Source: Daphnia carinata (Eukaryota). Taken from it: a DNA stretch of 64,000 nucleotides. The DNA lies in NCBI RefSeq assembly GCF_022539665.2, contig NC_081334.1, positions 744,001-808,000 of the forward strand, read 5' to 3'. Within the stretch, counting starts at the first letter, position 1. Each line of letters opens with the position of its first letter. Both the position numbers and the translations under genes were made by a program. Below are positions 39,193 through 64,000 of this stretch, piece after piece. The notes under the pieces were generated by a model. That model saw nothing but the letters and a program-made list of their open reading frames with translations. It had not been told where the DNA came from and ran no database searches.

Positions 39193-40572
39193 ATCAATAC
39201 AATTTATTCAGTGTCTTGCCCCAACCAAGAATCTTTTCAGATCCAATGTTACTATTAACCTATATTCAGAAAAGAAAAACAACACCATTAAGCATATCAA
39301 GTGGTGCTCATGTAACTTACATGACTCATAGATTCAACTTCTGGTGGAAGCTTGGGAAAGGACATACAAATTGCAGATTAACATCATTGTATAAGGCTCT
39401 TGAATGATAAACTAGCATCCGTAGAATGTTGCATTGTTGATAGTTGTGTTCCCAGTATATGAAAATCCTTTCCTATTGGATAAATTTTCTTTTTGTAGAT
39501 TAGACCTGGTTGGCAAAAAGGAAGAGAAATTTTTCGTCATAAATTCAAAATTATTTGAAGAAAATTCCTTTCATACCTCAAGAGTCCATGTATGATGTTC
39601 ATCTCTGCAACGGCAGCAAAATCTTAGGGCCGTTTAAGTACCCAGTTTCACCAACACTGTGAACATAAAGGACAAGTTGTTCTTTAGCCAGAGAAGCAGA
39701 ATTATTTCAGGCTTCTAGCTGTGACAGAACTATAAAGGATTGCTGTTGTACCAGGTTCATTAACACAAGATGGTACTTCTCATTAGACAATTTGCATCAC
39801 TCTATTACTTTACCTCACACCTTAACGGTAATGCACGCTCAGTGTTTTTTCAACTACAGGCTGACTCTTCCGTCCTGTAACACTTCCAGACTTGACTTGA
39901 TTCCCCGCTAAAATTCTGTGAATGCAAAATAATAGCATTAAAAATACTTTTTCGATAGACAAAAGTACCTAATCCATGTTTTATGTTGAACTCGTGCCAT
40001 TTCTGTGTTTCCATACCACACCCATTTTCGGCCCAAATACAGTCCCACAATTCTTCAGTTCCTTCGCTGCATGGACTGATTACTAACGATTCTTTTAGTG
40101 CAGCACTAACAGAATTCAAATTTAACACACTGTCAGGTGGTGGACTGAATAACTAAACAATAAATAATTGTTTGTTAAAATTCTATACTTATTTGGAATT
40201 CTTATTTGAAAAGTTTAGGCACCTGACTGTGTTCGCCTAATGCCAACTCATCCTCACGTTCAGTTAGGGATGAGTTTTGAAAAAACTCCGTCACTGTTTG
40301 GAAACTGTTCCATTCCAATTTGTTCTTTTCCCCTAGCTGAGCTTGTAGACTCAAAATTTGAGCTACAAAACACGAATGAATAAAAGCAAATAAATACAAT
40401 CATTACGTATTAGGCCTACCATCCTTAGCTTTGTTGTTATCTAATATTTTGTGTTGGTCCAATAACTGGGCCTGCAGCTTCACAATTTGATCTAATAAAC
40501 AATAATTAATAATTGAAAACCACTATAATAATGTTTATACTTACCATTTTTTTGTTTTATTATCTTATCCAT
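39193..40572 (-). pseudogene. Decayed multi-exon gene in the right arm of the palindrome (mirror copy)
   Basis: Mirror of 35986-37376. Exon 4 is open here (LFSPPPDSVLNLNSVSAALKESLVISPCSEGTEELWDCIWAENGCGMETQKWHEFNIKHGL), but later exons appear disrupted. Confidence 0.6.
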
Positions 40573-40912
40573 TTTTCAATTGCTCCTCCAGCCACGCGTT
40601 GTTCTCCAGCCACGCTACTCAATTAACTGCTAATGGGATACAATTAACTCAAATTGCTTACATGCCTGTAATAACGAAACCGACTGATAGATGGCTACGG
40701 GTAGAAAAAAGAGAAAAAAGTGCGATTTTTTTTTTTTTCCGCCATTTTTTTTTTTTATGTAAAACGGATTGCCATACAGCGCTAGCACGATGCAGCAGAA
40801 AAATTCGGTAACTAGAATTACCTAGAAATCTGACCGGGAGGTGGCGAGAGCAGTGAAACAGAAAAAAAGGCCGATATTTTTTTTTATTATTTGGGTAAAA
40901 CGGATTGCCATA

Positions 40913-41215
40913 ATTTTAAGCCCAATTTGTTTGCGAAAAAAGTAGGGCTGAAAATTTAAGCCCGACAAAATAAGCCCGACTTCTCCGCTATTTTTTCCCC
41001 CCAAGGTATAGCTGCTTTTCGTCATAATTTAGATATGAAATAGAACGGGGATTTTGAATATCTGTCTTTTTTTCATAGGATTTGTTGTTTTTGAGTTATT
41101 CAAATTTTAAATTGTTATGGTATGTTAATGTTCCATCATTTTCTCTTTTACTGCTACTAGTACACTGTGGCGGTAATTTCGCACCTAAATTCAAATATGC
41201 AAAGGCAATATCTCT
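40913..41215 (+). repeat. Third copy of the ~340 bp direct repeat unit, immediately after the outer TIR
   Basis: Matches 29333-29646, including ccatcattttctcttttactgctactagtacact..ggtaatttcgcacctaaattcaaatat.caaaggc.atatctc. Confidence 0.85.
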
Positions 41216-41625
41216 ATGAAAGACTGAAGGTAACCCACGAACGTGGATTTATTATATTCATCAACAGTGTCTGTACAAACATTTACGATGCATCATCTTG
41301 AAATGGAAAACCAATCAGAGGCACACACGTTAAGAGGATTGTGCTATAAAAAAATAGATTCAAACGCTGAGTGGTCAATACGTACAATAATTCGCTCTTC
41401 GTAAAAAAAATACAATAAAATAATGCCAAAATATACATAATTACAGCTACGCAGACTGGGGGAAAGAAGGCCTCGTAGTACGGAAGATCAATTGATGAAC
41501 AATAACAGACAAATCAACGTATTAAAAATTGCAATTTCACCGGTCTTATAGCTATGCATATTAAGGGCAATTGAGAAGGCGTTTCAGTGCAGGTGAGTAC
41601 ATTAAAAGAACAACAATACATTGGC

Positions 41626-56530
<14,905 letters not shown>

Positions 56531-57881
56531 ATGTCTACTTCAGTGGGAAGATTTCAAGTGATGTCAAATATCAAAAGACCGAACTGCAGCGAAAGAAATT
56601 ACGAGTAATTGTCAATAACATGGCTCTAATTCAAGATTATAATCCAAACTCATGTGGTGTTGTGGTAAGGAAAAGTTGACGGCCACGTTTCCAAACATTC
56701 GCACCATCACTTGCTAAAGAGTCTCGTGAAACCGAACCTCTTCTTCACTACACAAAACAATGTTTATAGGTGTGCACTTGACGATAAAAAAATACAGACA
56801 CACACTAAAAAAAAAAAAGGTTCGCAATATCCCAGTGTTAATACATTGGTCGTCAAAGCTCGTGGGCACGACACTCTTTGGCTTCTCAGTAATGCTGCAA
56901 GCGCCACTGTACACAGTCAAACTCGGTGCAGTTCTGTTATGATACATCAATGCGCAGCAGTGGTTATATAGCACACTACACCCCCGGACGTGGTTGAAGC
57001 CAAACTCGCCATCCCAAATGGGAGGGAAAAAAAAGGGGAGACACTTGGGAATGGTTGTTTTGAACTCGGTTAACAAGAGGAACTCCTCATCAGCTTAGCT
57101 CCTCCCAGTTACTAGAGCTGCGATCTGCTAGATGTACATTTTGGTACATAATCCTATGAAATCAAATCGTAAATGGCTTAGCGTAATTTCATTGTTGAAA
57201 CTAGAAGAATTTCTTAATTCCAGATCGGTTTCTATTGCTGGTTTCAAAGAATTTAATAGTACAATAATACATAATAGTAATTGCCACTGGCGTTCATATT
57301 CTTGCCAATTTGGCAACTGGCAAAAATGGGTTTACCAAAAATGACAACAAGGTTTACCAAACACTCCCATTTAAAACGAGTTCTAGAATTTAAAAGAATA
57401 ATATTGAAATGTTTTTTTTAGTGGCTTTGACGTGCCAGCACTATTCAGAATTTCGTTCCCACGGTGTGTGCCCCCTCCCCCTACCTGTGCCAGCGGCCAT
57501 CTGGAGTTCCGGTAGCAACCTTTCCGGTATACTGTATACTTGTGGCTAATAAACAGAATGCAATCGGGGGATGAATTTACCTTTTGTAATGTTTGCTCGT
57601 ACGCCTCTGCAGCCCACAACACCGTAAAACAATTTCAATGTTGAACAAAATCAGACATAACATGACGTTGAAATTGAAACAACTGGCACCTTAAAGACTG
57701 GCCTTCGCTTTTGTAGATCCTTAAACACACTCGACATTGTCCTGGCAAGTCACGATTAAGGCAGCTAACAGCAAAGATTTAAAAATCGCTTTATATGTCA
57801 ACATCTTTATTGAGTGCCAACATTTCATAAGAAACATAATGACAACATTTCTCCGTCCACATTTTTACTCAACAATCAAGG

Positions 57882-60800
57882 CTATTTGATGAACGCTTCG
57901 GGTGGGATCTGATTGGCAGCTTTCAGCTCGGTGAAAACAAAGGCGGCCCGATCGAAAACCCATCCATTTTCCTCCAAACACCTTTGAATCAATGACATGA
58001 AGTGTTATTATTCCCTTGCCTCAGATATCAATCAATCATGATTCATTATAAAATGGAACTTACTTTAACGACCATGTCGTATTCATCCCAGATTGCTCGG
58101 AAAACGATGCCACCATTTGCTGCTGAAGGACTGGATCTATTACGCTAGCACTCGTTTGTGGTTCGGGAACTGGCAAAGCAGCAGGTAAAGATGGAGCCGG
58201 AATTGCCGCAGGGACATTAGGTTCTATTGGAGTAGGGAAAAAGAACATAATAAGAGCTGTAATCAAAGGGTGCCGCAAAGCAGCGTTCCACGATATGAAA
58301 ACCAACCCTTGAAAGACGCTTTCATTTGTTCAGGGGTTGCGCACGTAATGTGAATTTGCTCATTAACGATGCAAAATCCCCCACCAGAACTTGGAATGAT
58401 GACGAATATCCGTTGAAACCAACGTACATGAGAATGCCTCTCAGTTCGCTCACGGAAAATACCCGTCACGGACATCACAATAAGGTGGTTCTAGTTTAAC
58501 ACAAAAACACACAGCCGTTTCACTTTCACTGGACAGTTAGCGGACTACACAATAATATAGTTTAAATTTCATACCGATGAGACAGGTACATCCACCACTA
58601 GACTACTCGGGTCGTGCAAAGTCTTGGGTAATTTGGATAAAAAGGAAACTATGTCGACTTTGCCTTGTTGAAGCAGCCGAAATCGACGTTGGACATCGTC
58701 GACTCGCTTGAGATTGCGACTGTCTTTCATGTACGCGTCCAACCTTTTTCAAGATTAATTAGACCACATGGGTGGAAAATAAAATTTTAAATAAGGAATT
58801 GTGTCCTTATTTTCTCGACCGTATTAAAAATACCTGGCGGATGCACTTGCTGACTGTCCCGGTGGATAAGAACATGTCATTGACATCGTGGCAGAATCAT
58901 AGTATGCATTTAAAAGGGGTTGACGGTCATCCGAGTCATACACGGTGAGATATTGTTCCAAGAACACGAGAACTATCTGGCGTGCCTCGTCTGAAACGAA
59001 CCAGCTACCACTGGATGGTGGCAATGATACGTCCTCTGTCCCAATATCAAAGGAAATTACTGGAGGCAGGGCAACGCCATCCTGGGGAAAAACGCAATAT
59101 TAGTCAACTCAAACAATTTTTTTTTTAAATTTATCACAACTTGCCAATTTCATTAACTTGGGGAAGCGTTTCCTTACGGCGCTGAAATCCAAGCCACGAT
59201 TCCGTTACGAAAGTTGAATGTGGGTCCCAAAAATAAACAAAACACAGATCAGCAAGCATGTACAAAAAGTTGAAAGTTCCATGCACTGCTATAAAACAAT
59301 TTGAAGTCCCCCCCCCCGTTCCCTTCTCAAAGGAAGTGCCCGATGACCGATGGCGTGCAAGACCAAAATCGAAGTGTAGCGGCGTGACGAAAAGATGAGT
59401 TCGATTGAAACATTGATATGGCCTAACAGTAAACAAGATTATCGATTGCATTGAGCTCGACCGTAACTTCATAAAAATTTAGAACGAACTGGAAAAGCCA
59501 ATTGAACATTTGGACTAGATTTACAATTCCAATGCGATCAAAGGGAGCTATGAAACCTGCGTAATTTTTGATAAGGAGAAAGCGCTTATTACTACGACTT
59601 GAAAAAAAGACAAATACAATAAATAATTGACGGACATTGGACCAATGGGAAGAGAAGATGGCGGAGGGAGTGTTGGATTTGTGCACAATCGAGAAATACG
59701 GCGAAAGTTTCTTGCAATACATCATTCAGCAGTCTTCTGATTTTTTTTTTCGTGATGAGTTGTAAATCAAACAGAAAAAGTCGAGCACGTTGATGAGATG
59801 TTTTCGGCTGGTGGTCGTGGATCCATTCACTTTGCTAGATTCTTCGGCATACCATCCGTTTCTCGGTATCTCAACGTGCATCTTCATGTGCAGCGAAAAA
59901 CCACCAAAATTTTCGGGCCGATTTGGTGTGACTCAGCACACAATAAGTGGGTGATAATGGTACTTTTTTTTTTTTTCAAAATTCCAAATTAGTTCTGATG
60001 CAGCTTCAGTCGAACAGACAAAAGATGATCCACAACTTGGATTTCCGTTAGACGTTTTCATGTATCGACGGTCTTCACAGACTTGTGCTTGTAGAATGTT
60101 GATGGATGTACTCAATGCTGAATCTGGTTGAGTAGGCAAGCGAACAGTAGCTCGCCTAATTTGCTAATGGTATCATTTTCCATGTGATGATACATCCTTC
60201 TTCGGTCTTATCCTTCCATGTTTTTGCACAAATGTGAGTGAAGACTGCTGCACGTAGTGGGGAATTGGGAGGATTTGCTTTTTAGGACAGTAACAACGGA
60301 GAACATTTTAGAGAGAGAAAAAAATAAAATACTAGAACTTTCTCAACTATTAAAGTTTTGACCAAAATCAGTTTAAGACCTTATGTGGAAGAGAAACCAT
60401 TGTTACAGACTCTACATTTTAGATAAGGGGGAAAAAAATAGTCGAGCGCAAAGCAATCGGTGTTCAATTCGTAAACTTTTAAATCGAAGATGCCAGTCGG
60501 TCTTCATCTGATTTACGGGAATGAAATCAAGTTAAGACTCCTTTCAACGCTGTTGCACTTTCGGAATGTGTTGTCTTTTTACAAACAAGCACAGCTTTGC
60601 ATCGTTCATCGGACCTTCTGTCAAAATCCATCGGTGATAACAGAATGCAGTCACGAACGAATGTTTCTAAGCACCTAAACACTCGAACGAGTTTCCAGAG
60701 CGTCACGGTTGGATATAAAATCCTTTCATCGTCGTCACTTGAACTAAAACGGCGTATACTAATCTGGATAACATTACCTTATATAACTGCTTTGGTCAGT

Positions 60801-62191
60801 GAAACGATCGCAAAGAGGGTTTTGATTAAGAATCAATTCTTCTAATTTCAATCCCTGTAAACGATCAAGTGAAGTTATTTGGCCAAGCTTGTTGCTGCCC
60901 AAATTCATAGATTTCAGGCACGCCGCTTTCGTCAGTAACGGTTTCATTTGATCCACACTATAGATTTTGTTATTGGACAAATCTATAGCCTGGACGTCTG
61001 GTATATGCTCCCCAATAATTTGCATTACTGATTGCATGACATTTTCTCGACTAAGGGGCGTATAATAATCTGTGCATAGTTCTGTAAGATAAGAGAAAAA
61101 GAATGTCACCAAATAGCCAAAATTTTCAACAAATCTAAAAACAACCTTCATCCAAATGAAACTGAGTAAGGTTCAATGTTTTCGTAAGGGGATCATAGCG
61201 ACGGCTCATAACTTGTTTAATTTTTTCCTTTAACTCTTCATTGATTGGTAGGCTAGGTGCTGGACTCCACTTTACTAGAATGATTAACTGAAAGGATTGA
61301 GAATGGTTAGTATTGTTAAAATCTGCTTGTATGCGGCTATCACCTTGAAACCATCATGTAACGTAATTTGCTTGTTTAACGTGGATAACGCCTCAGCTGC
61401 AGATGAGTCTTCAATGTAGAATACAGCATTGTTCCCTTCAACGTGATACTAATAATAAAACTATTTAAGAACTTTACTTTGTGAAAAAAATTTTACAGAT
61501 TACATATATTGGAATGAATGCTACTTTGGAAGCATTAAGCAAAGTTTTGAGGATGAAATCTTTTTCAAACCTCTTTCCTTGGGGAATCTATTAATCAGAA
61601 GGTTAGAATTACTAAGGGTTATTCTCAAACTAGTAGGATAAATGTTATAGACCGTGACTTTACTCCAGGAGGAGCCCCCTCTGGAACTTTGTTGTGGTCT
61701 TGTATGGTTACTTTTCCTTCCTCCAGGTCTAGAATATGGGGCACTGTCAAAGGGGAAAACATACATGACACATATATGTAAATAAGTCTGGAATTAGTAA
61801 TCATTTTGTTACTGTCTAGAATGAGAGTCTCCATGTGATGAACTTCCCGCCATATCAATATCTTGCTGTTCAATAATTCTTTGTAATCTAGTGTTTTCCA
61901 CAGGTCTGGAACGATTTCGATCAATTCTACCACTCTTGAAACTCGAGCGCAATTTTTGTTTTTCTGAAGCTTCACGATTATCATGATCTGCAATAAAATA
62001 CAGACTGTTAAATCACTAATCTGAGTATAACCAGTGATGATATTTTAGTTGGGGAAACAAAATCATAATTCATACAAAATTTTTAGATTTAACTTACTAT
62101 AATAATTTTTTTCATTTTGGACCATACTATCTTCAATGAACCTATCGGTTCTCCTATTGCTGGGTTTTCCTCGATGAAATCCTTTAGGCAT
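57882..62191 (-). CDS. Nxf1: Nuclear RNA export factor 1 (NXF1/TAP/sbr): RRM, LRR, NTF2-like and UBA domains
   Basis: Starts MPKGFHRGK...NYYNHDNR. LRR (AIDLSNNKI, LEELILNQNPLC), [49 protein letters not shown], and UBA tail FSEQSGMNTTWSLKCLEENGW...IPPEAFIK*. Confidence 0.95.
59182..60777 (-). other. NXF1 long cassette intron (1596 nt) preceding the 37-nt exon 59145-59181
   Basis: Donor AG|GTAATG at 60777 and acceptor TTTCAG at 59182. Retention gives YIR-TAA immediately. Confidence 0.85.
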
Positions 62192-63470
62192 TCTTAGAGT
62201 TGTGAAGCTCAGCTGACAACAGCCAAACTGTAAGACAAAGCAATTATCTCAATATAAGTAATAATAACAATCATCACACTGGATTCTTACTAGAAATTTT
62301 TGTAAATAGCTGAGGCTAACAAACCAACTAGATTGCTAGTAAATGAGGTTTCACGAAGAGTGTGAAAAAAACGTGCAACAACTGCGTAGCGTAACAAAAC
62401 CAAAGATGCAGTCAGGGTATGCCCTACAGCAGCAACTTTCTTTGCCAATGCAACTTCGTCTGCAGCAGTATTGTCAATTTTAAAAAAGCGAGCTCTCACG
62501 GCTACTCGGACAGTCAGGCTGCACCCTACACGGCCAAACCTTCCTCAACTGCACGTACTGTACAAGTAAAAATTTTCAAACTCTGGCTCAAAGAAAGAGA
62601 GCATAGAATTCCTATTTATAATACTATTTGTACTGTTATGGTGTCATCAGTTTCTGTTAATTGATTAGCTAATGTGATACATGAACCAGTAGATAATCGA
62701 TGACTGAACAATCCCGTTATTAAACGAGCATATACCGAGGAACGTTGTAGAACAGCTTTGGCTTTTGGGTACAGGGAACTATGAAGCCTGAATCTGTGTA
62801 CGAAATGGCGCCTTTTAGAAAACACCCATCTCGTTCACAATGTTTCCATGTTTTATTTTTGTTTTGTTTTTTTCGCTCAAAACTGCCACCTGTTGCCGAC
62901 TTTGGAATACCCCCTCCGTTTTCCCTTATCAAATAGCAAACGTTGTTCTTCGCTGTTAAACGCCTCCGTATGCGCTCCTTTAGTCATGGTTTCACATTGC
63001 GAGCTGACAGACCTGACCAACTTCGTTACCCCTAGTGGCGAACTCCTGGTGACACAGCAATTTGTAGGGTCAAATGTGCTCACTTCCATGCTTTGACCGC
63101 TAATAGCTTTCGTTAACTACTTTTCCGGCAGTGATAACTCAAGCTCATATTAAGTTTGTGTACTTCATCTTATTTTTCTCGTTTTTTTATAGAGCCTTGT
63201 CGATCTTCTATTTTAAAAATCCAAATTCAATTCGCCTCTGCAATGTGCGATTAATTTACTATTGGCTCAAGCTGTGGTTCACACGTGAAGACGACAAATT
63301 GAGGCTTAAACGATCAGATTTCCATGAAATGGACCTTATATATGTAACCCACTTAGAATCATAGTTCTCAATCAGTTCTAAAAATAATTTGGTATTGGCC
63401 CACTGATGTTATAAAACCATTACATTTAACATTTATATTATGAAACACAACAGGAATTCAAAAATTGGAA

Positions 63471-63985
63471 ATGAACACTGGAGACACACCAATTTTTCAT
63501 GGCAAACAGAAAAGTGACCAGAAAGAATCATCTGGTGATCTCCCATCATCTTATCTTTCAGATATCCCTTGTACTACAAGTGTTTGTGATGATGATACAG
63601 CTTCTGAAAAAAAGCAGGTTTGAGTATTATGTTTTTTCAGAGTCATTTCGTTTTAGTGCAATTGGAATGGTCACTTTTAGGTGATTCTTTCCATTGCCTG
63701 GTGGTGTGGAAAACTGGGAGCTGCCTATTATGACATTGAGTCCCATGAGGTAAGGTTTCTTTATGCACTATTAAAAACATGAATTAACAAAATTGCATGA
63801 AAACATTTGACCCAATCTTATGTAAAATTTGTATGGTTCTACAGCTCCATGTAATTCCAGATGTGGTGGAAAGTTCCTCAGATGCATCTGTATTGCAGGG
63901 ATTATTTTTCCAGTTGCAACCACACACTCTCATTGTCAAACATAATTTGGAAGAAAAGCAAATGGCTAAGATTTTCCAGTTATTG
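63471..63985 (+). CDS. MSH5: MutS homologue 5, 5' exons (63471-63617, 63681-63749, 63845-63985); continues beyond the window
   Basis: Spliced reading ...KKQ-VILSIAWWCGKLGAAYYDIESHE-LHVIPDVVESSSDASVLQGLFFQLQPHTLIV resembles the MSH5 N-terminal motif (W..G.LG.AYYD....I..xPD). Not in the ORF track because the exons are short. ATG is uncertain, as an upstream acceptor lies at 63453. Confidence 0.78.
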
Positions 63986-64000
63986 GTATTGATCTTACAT

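Larger units (their letters stand above)
35777..40776. mobile_element. Inner ~5 kb palindromic (foldback) element: arms 35777-38030 and 38545-40776, ~515 bp spacer
   Basis: Arms are reverse complements along their length with scattered substitutions and indels. Both ends read TATGGCAATCCGTTTTACAT. The left end abuts a (TA)n run at 35754-35779. Confidence 0.9.
29942..40912. mobile_element. Outer ~11 kb TIR-bounded element (unclassified, decayed) with ~80 bp imperfect terminal inverted repeats
   Basis: 29942-30020 TATGGCAATCCATTTTACCC...CTGTTTCACTGCTATCGCCATCTACCGGTCAG is the reverse complement of 40829-40912 CTGACCGGGAGGTGGCGAGAGCAGTGAAACAG...GGGTAAAACGGATTGCCATA. No intact transposase ORF seen. 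Confidence 0.75.

Noticed and set aside
38964..39407. 147-aa ORF (and its 148-aa mirror at 37108-37554) across the hairpin module
   Set aside because: The frame is not kept in copies 1 and 2 and runs antisense through exon and intron of the cargo gene. Similarity reflects the DNA repeat, not coding selection.
29333..41215. CRISPR array or LTR retrotransposon interpretation of the direct repeats
   Set aside because: Eukaryotic context, no short repeat-spacer periodicity, no TG..CA ends, no PBS/PPT and no gag-pol remnants seen.

Overview
Eukaryotic, AT-rich, intron-rich genomic DNA from an arthropod. The ~60-70 nt introns and gene set suggest a branchiopod crustacean such as Daphnia, which is an inference. 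Six spliced protein genes can be read: jelly belly (jeb, +), a voltage-sensing phosphatase (VSP/TPTE, +), a clip-domain serine-protease homologue (+), a sevenless/ROS1 receptor tyrosine kinase (-), the mRNA export factor NXF1 (-) and the 5' part of MSH5 (+). The unusual part is 29.3-41.2 kb. It holds a ~5 kb near-perfect palindrome with 2.25 kb arms, nested inside an older ~11 kb element with the same TATGGCAATCC terminus. Each half-unit has the same layout: terminus, decayed spliced gene, then an oppositely oriented ~400-420 nt multi-hairpin module, in three of four cases preceded by tRNA-like Pol III cassettes. I cannot assign this element to a known superfamily from the sequence alone. NXF1 also carries the conserved long cassette intron followed by a 37-nt exon. 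All alignments and translations were done by eye.
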